A DNA stretch of 64,000 nt, taken from Pelagomonas calceolata. Its lineage: Eukaryota. Within the stretch, counting starts at the first letter, position 1; the number at the start of each line of letters is the position of its first letter. The stretch is taken from assembly GCA_918797485.1 (NCBI GenBank), contig CAKKNE010000005.1, positions 4,836,001-4,900,000 on the forward strand. The letters are read 5' to 3'. Position numbers and translations under genes: made by a program. A model generated the notes under the pieces. It was not told where the DNA came from. It was given only the letters and a program-made list of their open reading frames with translations, and searched no databases. Positions 51,438 to 61,412 of this stretch are shown here, in pieces.

Positions 51438-51461
51438 GCTAGCGGCCTGTGAGACATTAGC
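51438..51461. promoter_or_regulatory. Bipartite CTAG motif upstream of GUF1
   Basis: gctagcggcctgtgagacattagc. Confidence 0.5.
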
Positions 51462-51579
51462 AGACGCCCGCCGGCGGAACAGGCCACCACCACCCCTGCC
51501 CCATCAGAATCAGTCACTACTACTTATAAAAGAATTGCCCGCCGTCACCGGCGAGCGCGGGGCCGAACGAACGCCGCGC

Positions 51580-53100
51580 TTAGTAGACCTCGACGCGCCA
51601 CTGGCCCTTCTTCTTCAGGTCGGCGACGAAGTCATCGTACGTCAGGCCCTTCTTCCGGCAGACCTCCTTGAGCATGTCCTGGATGCCGGGCATCATGCCC
51701 TTGAGGCCGCAGAAGTACATGACGGCGCCGTTCTGGAGGCGCTCAAAGATCTCGTCGGCGTACTCCTCGACCTGTGTGGTCAAATGTCGGTCGAGCGCTG
51801 CGCCGTCGTCGCGTCGAGCGCCGCGCCGTCGACGCGTCCCCCGCCGCAAATCAAATCGAAGCGACTGTGCGACGCCGCAACGGACCTTGTCCTGAATGTA
51901 CATCTTGCCGCCCTTCTTGTTCTTCTCCTCGCGCGAGAGCGCGTAGTCGACGCGGAAATTGTCGGGAAACTTGCTCTTGGCCGCCTGCCACCTGTGTGGA
52001 AATCAACCAGTGAGTTAGGTGGCGGGGCGCCCGGAATTTGATTTCCACACAGCCTGCCACTCCTCATCATATAAGAGGGCGTCGCTGTTGGCGACGCCGA
52101 GGAAGAGCCACGCCAGGCCCTTGTAGGCCTCGCCGGCGGGCGTCGTCTCCGTGAAGAGGCGGCGGATGAAGCCGCGGTACGGGGCGATGCCAGTGCCCGT
52201 CGCGACCATGATGTAGTCCGTGTCCGCCTTCTCCTCGGGCATCAGCCTGCGTGGAAATCAACCAGTGAGCTAGAGATACAGACGCAGCGCCTGGTATTTG
52301 ATCTCCACACAGGCGCTCACATCACTTTGCCAGTCGGGCCGGTCATCTTAACTTGTTCGCCCGCCGTGGCGTCGCACAGGAAGTTCGAGCAGACGCCCTT
52401 CTTCGCCGGGTCCTCCTTGCCCATGTCCGGGTCCCAGTACGTCGCGCGGCGCACGCACAGCGACGACGTCTTGCCGGCCATGTTGTCGCCGTAGCGCGAC
52501 GACGCGATGGAGTAGAGGCGCACCGTGTGCGGCTTGCCGTTCTTCGGGTTCGTGCCCGGCGGGATGACGCCGTAGGACTGGCCCTCCCAGTAGGGCATGT
52601 TGCCCTTGTGGTCGAAGATGATGTGGCACGTCTCGCCGGTCGCCTCGGGGCCGACGATGCGCTTGCAGCTGACGACCTTGGCCGTGTAGGGGCTCTTGTT
52701 CTTGAAGGTGTTCACGGGGACCGTGGACTGGTCCCAGTAGGGCGAGGCCTCGAGGAAGTCCTGCTTCTTGCCGGCCGGCGACTCCGTCAAAATGGTGCCC
52801 TTGTTGCCGCCGAAGAGGCCCGAGAGCAGGCCCATGCGCGGCGTCGCGCGGAGCGCGTCGGCGCCGCCGAGCGCGAGCCTGTGTTATCGATGCGTTTTAT
52901 ACGGCCGTGGCTGCGTTTTCTACCGCGGTCGCGTCGGCAGCGCTTCTGGCGCCTTCGGCGGATCCGGAAACGCGGCGGCGGGCGGTTTCGGCAGCGATGC
53001 TGCCTTGCGTCGCGCCAGAGCAGCTGCTGGTCTGCGCGCCTTCCTCTCGCAACGCGTGTTTTGTGTCTTAATGCCGCCGCACGGCTAGCAGGTCGCGCAT
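51580..53100 (-). CDS. petH: Plastid ferredoxin-NADP+ reductase; exons 53100-53081 (tentative), 52878-52321, 52246-52061, 51991-51886, 51771-51580
   Basis: [48 protein letters not shown]-terminal VEVY. The first exon gives the signal [15 protein letters not shown] through a GC-AG intron. Confidence 0.93.
51772..51885 (-). other. GT-AG intron, decayed introner-like
   Basis: QDK|VEE; GTC at both junctions; one end ctgtgtggtcaa; internal cgccgtcgacgcg. Confidence 0.8.
51992..52052. mobile_element. Minimal 61-bp introner; intron 52060-51992 (minus, GT)
   Basis: Perfect 15-bp TIRs; perfect TSD cctgccac. Confidence 0.95.
52247..52312. mobile_element. Short introner; intron 52320-52247 (minus, GTGAG donor)
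   Basis: TIRs present; TSD diverged; restores GKVMLMP. Confidence 0.88.
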
Positions 53101-53559
53101 CCAGTTTATAGCCAAACTGGCCATACTCGCCATATGCGTAGCCGATTTCGTTCGCATTTTCGCTCACCGCGGCGACAAAGTAATAATTCTTCGATATTTT
53201 GCAACGCTGCTGCAATACGCTAAGATTACAGCCTTCATCGTAGCCTGTTTTAGTCTCGATGTCAGCGTGGGCCTCGATCCAAGTCCGGGCCCAGCGGCGC
53301 CGGACGTGTCGCAGTGCGAACGAAGTATCCCTCGGCGGAGAGATAGGCCCCGTTACGCGCAAATTTTAAGCTAAAAAATGGCCTTGCTCAAATCCAACTA
53401 ATTTTGAGTGCACGTGCTAGCCCTGCTACGCATCGGAAATCAATTTTCGTTCATTTGACCTCATGGACCCGTACTAGTATCGTCAAGGCCCCGCTAGCAC
53501 AATTACACCACAGAACGACGACGGCGACGCCCCGGGTGACAATAAAACGAACTTACAAG

Positions 53560-53765
53560 GACTACACCGCCTCCGCCGACCGCAGAGAAGAAGTTCGGTC
53601 AAAGATCAACAAGGAAACAAACCGTGCTTACAAAGACAGAGAAGACTACTACACCGCCTCCGCCGACCGCAGAGAAGAAGTCTGTTCAAAGATCAACAAT
53701 AAAACAACCCGTGCTTACAACGACAGAGAAGACTACTAGACCGCCTCCGCCGACCGCAGAGAAGA
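53560..53765. repeat. 87-bp tandem repeat (~2.4 copies) covering the ABCG stop codon region
   Basis: cta(c/g)accgcctccgccgaccgcagagaaga at 53562, 53649 and 53736. Confidence 0.92.
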
Positions 53766-56700
53766 CGCCTGGTCCCCCGGCCAGAGCTTTGGCGACCCGC
53801 TCTCCGCGTGCCGCACGGACCAGACCGTGTTGTCCGAGTCGACGGTGAGCGGCGAGTCCGGGCCCATCGACGAGCCATCATCGTCGACCGGCGGTGGGCC
53901 GAAGGGCGCGGTGCCGCGGCGGCAGGCCGACCGGACGAGGATCGCCAGGAGCAGGAGCCGCGCCAGGACGTAGTTCAAGACGATCACCGCGACCGCCGAC
54001 CCCACGCGGTCCTCGAACTTCTCGAAGCCAAAGTGCTCCACGACGACGTCGCCGTCGCTACAAATGGTGGGATGGGCCAGCGCGTCGCAGTCGAACGGCC
54101 GGTCCGCGAAGAGGTAGAACACCATCAGCCCCATCGCGTTCGCCCCGGGCAAGAGCTTCGCGATGCCCCGCCAGAACGGCGGCATCTGCGCCAGCGGCAC
54201 CACGACGCCGGCCAGCAAGAAGATGATAAAGTTGTACACTCCGGAGAAAGCGATGCCACAGAGCGCCGACTCCTTCGGCGTGCTCACGTAGTAAAACAGC
54301 GACCCCGCCGCGTGGAACGCGTGCTGCGCCAGCAGGAACACGACCACACACGGCGCGAGCCGCCCCCCGCCGGACCCATCCATTCTGCAACCCGCGTACG
54401 TCGCGAGAAAATACGGCGTCGCTCCGGAAGTGACCACGAGCACGTCCCGCCCGCAGACGAAGAGCCAGTGCGCGAGCGGGCTGTCGTACTGCGACGCCGC
54501 GTTCCGCTCGAAGCGCTTCCACTCGATGGGGCACGCGCCGCAGTTCACCTGGAAATTGGAGATGCCACACAACGTGGTAAGTCCCACGAACAGGATGAAG
54601 ACGACGTCGCCGCCTTCCGCCGTCGACGCCGGCTCCCGCGGCGCGTCGACGCGATCGAACAGCGTCACGAGCACCAGCGCCAGCAGCATGGCCGTCGCGA
54701 GATACCCAAACACCTGGCCCGGGCCGCTCGCGCGGTAGAAGCGAGCCGCCTTGAGCGCCGCGGTCCGGAGGCAGAGCGCGTCGACGCCGAGCGCCAGCGT
54801 CGCCTTCTCGGCCGGAACGACGGCGGATACGAAGTCGGGCGGCGGCGCGAAGATCTCGCTGCCCTGGAGCGCGTCGCCGAGCAGCACGTCGGCTGGGTTC
54901 GCCGCCAAGTTGGGTTGTCGTGGACGGAGCGCGGCGACGGCGTCGCAGATGGCTTGCGGCGAGGCGACGTCGCAGCCCGCGCCTCCGGGCCGCACGGCGA
55001 TGACCTGGTCGAAGAGGGCGAAGAGCTCCGCCGCCGGCTGGTGCACGACGACGACGACCGCCAAGCCGCGTCGCGTCAACTGCCCCGCGCCCATCGTGAG
55101 CGCCAGCGCCGTGCCGGCGTCCTGGCCCGTCGTGAGCTCGTCGAGACAGAGAATCGACGGCAAGACCAGCAACCGGATCGCCACGAGCAGTCGCCGGTAC
55201 AAGCCCTCCGACAACCGGTCGACCCGCGTGCCGTCGTGGGCCCGCAGGCCCGTCTCGAGCGCCACCGCCGCCGCGCGCTGGAGGCGGGCCGCGGTCGACG
55301 CGTTCAGCGCTGGGATCGTCAGGGCGTAGAACCGCAGCTGCTCGCCGCAGGTCAGCGCGCCCGTGAGGGGCACTTCTGTCGCGAAGGACGAGTACTGCGA
55401 CCGCGCCGCCGCCCAGGCGCGCGACCGCGGCGTCGCCTTGTCGCCGTACTCCGTCACGCGGAGCCGCCCCGTCGCCTTCAAGCCATAGAGCGCCTCGCGG
55501 CCCGCCAGGACTTTGAGTAGTGTCGTCTTGCCCGATCCCGACGGCCCGACTATGGCCGTGAGCGTCGCCGGCGCGACGGCGCCGTGGAGGCCCCGGACGA
55601 GCCGCCTCGGTTCGCCGCGCCAAGAGATCGCGTCGATGGCTATGTCTCGGAACTGGATGCCGACGCGCCGCGCCGGCAGCTCGTCCGGATGTGCGCCGTC
55701 GTCTTCGGCCGCGGGCGGCGCGCCGCTGCACGCGTCGTCGTCGACGAAGCGAGGGACCGGCCGGTGCGAGAGAGAGGTCCAGTCCGGGCGGTCGCGCAGC
55801 GGCGACGCGTCGCGCCGCATCGGCGACAGCTCCAGGCCCGACGCGTCGCGCGGCAGCGACAGGAGCGAGACCGAGGAGCCCAGCGACCGACGCAGGGAGC
55901 TGTCCGCGAGCGACTTCGAGCTCACGAGGTGAATGAGGCGGCGCCGCGCGTCGGTCGGCTCGGGCGCCGCCGGCGCGGCGACGTCGCCCCAGCCCCGCGC
56001 GCCGGCCGCCACGAGCACCAGCGCCAGCACCGCCGGGACGAGCAGGAACGCGACGCCGGACGCGGCGAGGCCCGGCCGCGTCGCGTCGCGCTCGAGGCCG
56101 AAGGGCGGCGACGTCGCGCCGCAGTAGGCCGTCACGCGCGACCCGGACCGCGCCTCGGCCGTGCACTTCTCCGAGTCGGGCCCCAGGTGGGGGCAGTGGA
56201 CGATCGGGTCCAGCAGCGCGAGCTGCAGATGCATCTGGCGGCACGCGCGCGTGTCCCCGCTGAAGAAGCCGCCGGCGCCGTCGAGGCAGGCCCCCGGCAC
56301 GGTCTCGGTCAGGTAGCTCACGCAGGCGTCCATGGAGTCGTAGGGGAAGAGCGTCCCGGGGCAGTACGCCAGCGCCGTGCCGCACAAGACGGTGGGCGTC
56401 ATCGAGATCTGCGACATGAACTCGTAGGTCGGTCGCGAGAACTCCGTGTAGGTCAGGCGGTAGGCCTGGCCCGGGTCGTCGGAGAACCCTAGCTTTAGGA
56501 TGGTTGTCTCGTCCGGCTTTCCGTCGAGCGTCTCGTCGTTGAACCCGGCGGCCGTGCGCCACGTGTAGTTCATGACCCAGTCGCCCTCGCCTTTTGCAAT
56601 GTCGACGATGTTGATCGGCGAGTGCAGGAACGCACCACCATTGAACTTCGGCGACAGCGTGTAGGCGTACTCGATGAACTCGTTTCGTCCTATATAAGCG

Positions 56701-57125
56701 CCGATGTGCGGCTGCCAGTACTCGATGTCGGCGTGGCAAATCGCCGTCATCTCGGCGTCCCATTTGAGGGTGTCGTCCTCGTAGCTCGGGCCCCAGTCGA
56801 TGAGCTTCGTCAGCTTGATCGCTGTCGCTTCTCGGTCCGCGTCGACGAAACATTGCGGCAGCGCCGCGCCGCACTCGTCCGCGACGCGGTAGGCGCCGTA
56901 GCCGTCTCCTGACCAGGCGTTCAGCGCCTGGAATCCTGAACTGTTCCGCACGCCGGCGGCGCACCAGACGCTCTCGTTGAGTTCCTTGTAGGCATCGCAA
57001 CAGTCTTCATAGGGCCACTCATGGGCAGTGGTGTTTCCGCTCATGCAGGCGCGCGTCAAGTTGTCCAACGCGCATGCCCGCGCGGCGTAAGGCGATAGCA
57101 GCAGGGGCAGCCATAACCGCGCCAT
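53736..57125 (-). CDS. ABCG-type half transporter with a Cys-rich N-terminal ectodomain
   Basis: Signal peptide; GPSGSGKTT, LSEG, CLDELTTGQD, VHQP; ABC2 membrane domain. Confidence 0.88.
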   Translation of the reverse strand: MARLWLPLLLSPYAARACALDNLTRACMSGNTTAHEWPYEDCCDAYKELNESVWCAAGVRNSSGFQALNAWSGDGYGAYRVADECGAALPQCFVDADREATAIKLTKLIDWGPSYEDDTLKWDAEMTAICHADIEYWQPHIGAYIGRNEFIEYAYTLSPKFNGGAFLHSPINIVDIAKGEGDWVMNYTWRTAAGFNDETLDGKPDETTILKLGFSDDPGQAYRLTYTEFSRPTYEFMSQISMTPTVLCGTALAYCPGTLFPYDSMDACVSYLTETVPGACLDGAGGFFSGDTRACRQMHLQLALLDPIVHCPHLGPDSEKCTAEARSGSRVTAYCGATSPPFGLERDATRPGLAASGVAFLLVPAVLALVLVAAGARGWGDVAAPAAPEPTDARRRLIHLVSSKSLADSSLRRSLGSSVSLLSLPRDASGLELSPMRRDASPLRDRPDWTSLSHRPVPRFVDDDACSGAPPAAEDDGAHPDELPARRVGIQFRDIAIDAISWRGEPRRLVRGLHGAVAPATLTAIVGPSGSGKTTLLKVLAGREALYGLKATGRLRVTEYGDKATPRSRAWAAARSQYSSFATEVPLTGALTCGEQLRFYALTIPALNASTAARLQRAAAVALETGLRAHDGTRVDRLSEGLYRRLLVAIRLLVLPSILCLDELTTGQDAGTALALTMGAGQLTRRGLAVVVVVHQPAAELFALFDQVIAVRPGGAGCDVASPQAICDAVAALRPRQPNLAANPADVLLGDALQGSEIFAPPPDFVSAVVPAEKATLALGVDALCLRTAALKAARFYRASGPGQVFGYLATAMLLALVLVTLFDRVDAPREPASTAEGGDVVFILFVGLTTLCGISNFQVNCGACPIEWKRFERNAASQYDSPLAHWLFVCGRDVLVVTSGATPYFLATYAGCRMDGSGGGRLAPCVVVFLLAQHAFHAAGSLFYYVSTPKESALCGIAFSGVYNFIIFLLAGVVVPLAQMPPFWRGIAKLLPGANAMGLMVFYLFADRPFDCDALAHPTICSDGDVVVEHFGFEKFEDRVGSAVAVIVLNYVLARLLLLAILVRSACRRGTAPFGPPPVDDDGSSMGPDSPLTVDSDNTVWSVRHAESGSPKLWPGDQASSLRSAEAV

Positions 57126-57343
57126 CGCGCGGCCGTAGAGCGACTGTTTAAAAACAAGTCGTGTTGCAAGAATTTATTTGAGGCGCACCCGTTGAGGCAC
57201 ATCCGTAATCCCAGGAATTTCCCCCGCGCGCCCACCGATGACTCGGAGACTGCGCTTGTACCACTCGCGAGCAGGCCTCACTAGGCCGGACCGCAAAAAT
57301 CACACTAGATGGTAGTTAGAAGATAAAGCGAGCGGCGAGCGCA

Positions 57344-58837
57344 TCACATGACGCTGCACCGGGCCGTGCGCAGCGCGCGCATCTTGAGCCAGAGGTAGAG
57401 GTCGACGATGTTGCCCGCGCGGTCGTACGGCGGGTACAAACCGTCGAGCACGAGCTGCGAGAGCCCCGCGTGGCCGATCTGGCGGTGCACGCCGCGGACG
57501 TTCGACAGCTCGCGGAAGCCGTCGCGGCCGCGCGTGCGGCCGTGGCCCGACGCGCCGACGCCGCCGAAGGGCAAATCTTCCTGGCCGCAGTGCATGACCG
57601 TGTCGTTCACCGTGACGCCGCCCGACGCCACGGCGTCGAGGACGCGCCGCTCCTCGGCCCGGTCCGGCCCGAGGTAATATAAAGCGAGCGGCTTCGGCCG
57701 CGCCGCGATATAGGATAAGGCGTCCGCGAGTCGCGCGTACGTCCGGACCACGAGCAGCGGCCCGAAGATCTCCTCGGAGGACACGCGTAACGTGTCGCCC
57801 GCATCTAAAATCAGCGTCGGCGCGACGCGCCGCGCAGCGTCCGAGGGCGCGTCGTCGGCCGCGCCGCCGCGGCACTCGATGACGCGACAGCCGGCGCTCT
57901 TCGCTTCGGCCACCAGTGCCCGTAACCGGTCGCCGTGGGCCGCGGAGATAATCGAGGCGTAGTCGCCGCTCCCCAAAACACCATGAGGGAACATGTCGGC
58001 GATCGTCCGCTCGAACGCCTCCACAAAAGCGTCCCGGACCGACTCCTCCACAAAAACATAGTCCGGCGCGAGGCAGGTCTGCCCGGAATTCAAAATCTTG
58101 CCGTGGACGACGCGCTTCGCGCACGCGGTCACGTCCGCCCGCCTCCCGACGATGACGGGGCACTTGCCGCCCAATTCCAGCGTCGTCGGCGTCAGGTTCC
58201 GCGCGCACGCCGCCGCCACGAGCTTCCCGACGCGCGTCGAGCCCGTAAACACGAGATGGTCGAGGGGCAGCGCCGCGAGCGCCGCGGACGTTTCGGGCCC
58301 GCCGAGCACGACGCGCGCGATCGACTCGTCGTAGGCGCCGTTGACCAGCCGCGCGATCAGGAGCGCCGTCCGCGGCGCGAGCTCCGACGGCTTGAGGAGC
58401 ACGGCGTCGCCCGCCGCGAACGCCGACGCGACGGGCGTCAGGAGCAGCATGATGGGGTAGTTCCAGGGCGCGACGACGCCGACGACGCCCTTGGGCTGGT
58501 ACTCGACGGAGTTCGTCGCGCCCACGACGTTGAACGGGAAGTCGACGCGCCGCCGCTCCGGCCGGCACCAGCTCCGGACGCCGGCCCGCGCGGCCTTGAA
58601 GGCCTCGAGCGCCATGAGCACGTCGGCGAAGCGCGTGACCTCGCGCGGCCGCACGCCGAAGTCCGCCGTCACGGCGGCAACAAGATCATCCTCGTTCGCG
58701 AGCAGGAGCTGGACCATGACGTCGAGGCGGCGCTCGCGCTCCCGGACGCTCGGCGGGCCGCGCTCCCGCAGGGCTGCCTTTTGGACTTCTAGTAATCGTT
58801 GCAGCTCCGCTGGGGTTGTCTCCTCTGCCGCAGCCAT
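57344..58837 (-). CDS. Aldehyde dehydrogenase, ALDH3 / coniferyl-aldehyde dehydrogenase (CalB)-like
   Basis: QPKGVVGVVAPWNYP, KPSE, FTGS, LELGGKCP, NSGQTCLAPDY, EEIFGP, LPFGGVGASG. Confidence 0.92.
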   Translation of the reverse strand: MAAAEETTPAELQRLLEVQKAALRERGPPSVRERERRLDVMVQLLLANEDDLVAAVTADFGVRPREVTRFADVLMALEAFKAARAGVRSWCRPERRRVDFPFNVVGATNSVEYQPKGVVGVVAPWNYPIMLLLTPVASAFAAGDAVLLKPSELAPRTALLIARLVNGAYDESIARVVLGGPETSAALAALPLDHLVFTGSTRVGKLVAAACARNLTPTTLELGGKCPVIVGRRADVTACAKRVVHGKILNSGQTCLAPDYVFVEESVRDAFVEAFERTIADMFPHGVLGSGDYASIISAAHGDRLRALVAEAKSAGCRVIECRGGAADDAPSDAARRVAPTLILDAGDTLRVSSEEIFGPLLVVRTYARLADALSYIAARPKPLALYYLGPDRAEERRVLDAVASGGVTVNDTVMHCGQEDLPFGGVGASGHGRTRGRDGFRELSNVRGVHRQIGHAGLSQLVLDGLYPPYDRAGNIVDLYLWLKMRALRTARCSVM

Positions 58838-58948
58838 GGCTTCGTCGCGCAAACGAGATATGGTCGTGAGCGCAATCAAATAAATTCCCTAGCACGCCTA
58901 CTGCGAGCGCTGGCGCTGCCTACGCGGCTGTGGCGGCTGTGCTTGCTT

Positions 58949-58971
58949 GCTAGCGTCTTAAGGCCACTAGC
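58949..58971. promoter_or_regulatory. Bipartite CTAG motif upstream of the ALDH gene
   Basis: gctagcgtcttaaggccactagc. Confidence 0.5.
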
Positions 58972-59030
58972 AACAGCTTCCAGTAGAAATGGACGCTCCA
59001 GCCGCCTATTAGTCGGCGACGCGCGGTGTC

Positions 59031-59072
59031 TCCCCCCCAGGGACTCCGCCCACTAGTCCTAGCACCATAACA
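59031..59072 (+). repeat. Copy of the dispersed CCACTAGTCCTAGCACC(G/A)TAACA repeat
   Basis: Near-identical to 11943-11983; lies at the 3' end of the EGF gene. Confidence 0.8.
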
Positions 59073-59091
59073 ATATATTTTGAAACAAAAT

Positions 59092-61412
59092 TTACCCTGT
59101 CGCTCCGCACCATGCGTCGGTACAGAGTGCTTTCCGGTAGCCGCAGTCGTCCTGCTTGCCGGGCCCGCCGACGCCGTCGCTGCTCGCGTAGCCGGGAAAG
59201 CACTCGCACTGCCCGGTCGATCGATCGCACAATCCGCGGCCCGAACATTCGAGCGACTCTGTTGTGCCCGTCACCGAGACCAGGGAGGCGTCCGACGCGG
59301 CCGCGGCGCCGTCAACGAAGAATACCACTGAGCCGCCGCCGATTTCGTCGCCGAAGTTCGAGTCGAACAATTGGCTCGTGTCCGCGCTGAGGTCTGGGAG
59401 ATCACCGTGTTCCGTGACGAAGGCGACCGTCACCGCGTTCACGGAGAGGCCTATGTCGGTGCACGTGGAGTTGCCCGACGAGAAGAGAACTATGACGTCG
59501 CCGATATTCGTCAGCCACTCGAGGGCTTCCTCTAATTCTTGCCTCGAGGCGTTGTACGCGATCGGCAAAGTCGTCTTCTGTCTAAAGCTAAGCGTAAGCG
59601 TGCCAGCTGTCCCGGCGCACTCGAAGAGCTGTACCTCGTTAACCTGGCCGTAGGTATTGGGGTCGTCGCCGTACGTACATTCCCGCTCGCTACAATCGTA
59701 ACCAGTCCAGCCCTCGTCGCAGATGCAGCCGTATATTCTATCCGCATCCCACGTGTTGCCGTTGTTGGGGTCAGAACCGTACAGGCGGGGGTCCGAGTCG
59801 CCGTTCGAAGTGGCAAGTAGCGCCATCTCGCGCATCGTCGCGCACCGCCCGTGCTTGTTGCACTCGTTCGTCAGCCCGCCGGGGCACTGAATAAATTCGC
59901 ACGCGTTGCCCGTGAAGGGTACCGCGCAGGCGCACTCGCCCTTCGTCGTGTCGCACGTGCCCGCGCCACTGCATACCTCGAGGACGTCGTGGCCGACGTT
60001 GTCTTCGGACCTACGTGGAAATCAAAATTCGGGCGCCCGACGCCATCGACGCGATGTTGTCTCCGTAGCTGCGTCTGCTCGATGGCGTGAGGTGGCCACG
60101 CCATCGACGCGATGTTGTCTCTGTAGCTGCGTCTGCTCGATGGCGTGGGGTGTCCAGGCCATCGACGCGTCGGCTCGATGGCGAGGAGGCTCGAATGACC
60201 TAACCCGCTGGTTGATTTCCACACAGCTTCAGACGGATAACTGAACCACGCGAGACCCTTCGGACACGTCCGCAAGGAACAGTCGGCGCCCGTGAAGCCT
60301 TTCGCGCAAGAGCATCGATAGGTACTCAGGTCACAAATGCCCGCCCCGGAGCACGCGGTCATCCCCGGGCATTCGTCGATCGCCGTGGCCGCGAAGCCGC
60401 AGTCGCCGCGGTTTCCCTCGTTGCCGTAGCCGTCCGAGCTCTTGAACGTGTCGCCGTTCGTGTCCAGGCACAGGCACGTCGCGTCGAACGGGTTGCAGAT
60501 GCCCCGGTTCGAGCACTCCTCGTCCTCCTTCGTGCCCTTCTTCGAGACGAAGTCGGCGCCCAAGCTGTCCGTAAACACCGTCTGGCCGTCGGCCGAGACC
60601 TGGATCGTGCCCGCGAGGTCGTCGTCCAGCGGCACCAACGGAGGCAGGCTCCCGAAGTCCTGCGTGAATTCGATGCGCACGACGTTGACCGAGTCCGTGG
60701 TGCACGCCGTCCCGTTGTCGATCGAGTAGGTGACGTCGACCTCGGTGATCGCGGCGGACTGCTCGAGCGCGGCCTTGAGCTGGTGCTCCTTCATGCCCGT
60801 CCGGATGTCTCCGGAGGCGTGGCCCGCCATCAACAGAACGAACGTCCCGCCCGTCGCCATGCACTTGAAGTACTGGACCTCGTTCTTCTGGTCCGGCGTC
60901 ATGGGGTCGTCGCCGGAAGGACAGCGTCGGAACGCGCAGTTGAACACGGCGTCGTAGGGCGAGTCGCAGACGCAGCCGTACATCTTGTCCGCGTCCCAGG
61001 GCGTCTCGTAGACGAACTGCTGCGAGTCCTCGTTGTACTGCGACGACGCGAAGTTCCGCATCGACACGCACTTGCCCTTGAAGCCGCATTCGCGGTCGCA
61101 GGCCAGGTGCTGGCACGCCTTGCCCGTGAAGCCCTCGGCGCACTCGCACTCGCCCGTCCCCTCGTCGCAGAGGCCGCGATTCGAGCACTCGGCCCGCGCA
61201 TGCGCGACCTCGTCGCTCGACGCGACGTCGGCCCACGCGTAGTGCGTCGGGCACTTCCGGTAGCCGCAGTCGGCGCCCGTCCAGCCCGAAAAACAGGTGC
61301 AGCGGCCGAAGGGGTCGCATTTGCCCTTGAGATTGCAGTTGTTGGGGCACTGCGCGTCGACCGCCGCCGCGATAAAGATCACGAGGAGGCGCTGCCTCTG
61401 GTGCCCAGGCAT
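59092..61412 (-). CDS. Secreted EGF-like/tenascin-type repeat protein; exons 61412-60235, 60010-59092
   Basis: Signal peptide; many CSNRGLCD..GECEC..GFTG.AC repeats; CPSGDDP.T..NEVQ units. Confidence 0.9.
60011..60226. mobile_element. Introner with internal tandem duplication; intron 60234-60011 (minus, GT)
   Basis: TIRs present (acceptor TAG); TSD cttcggac/cttcagac; cgccatcgacgcgatgttgtctc.gtagctgcgtctgctcgatggcgtg x2. Confidence 0.93.

Noticed and set aside
53404..53739. Plus-strand ORF with repeated DYTASADRREEV peptide
   Set aside because: No ATG start; explained as the antisense of the 87-bp duplication of the ABCG gene end.
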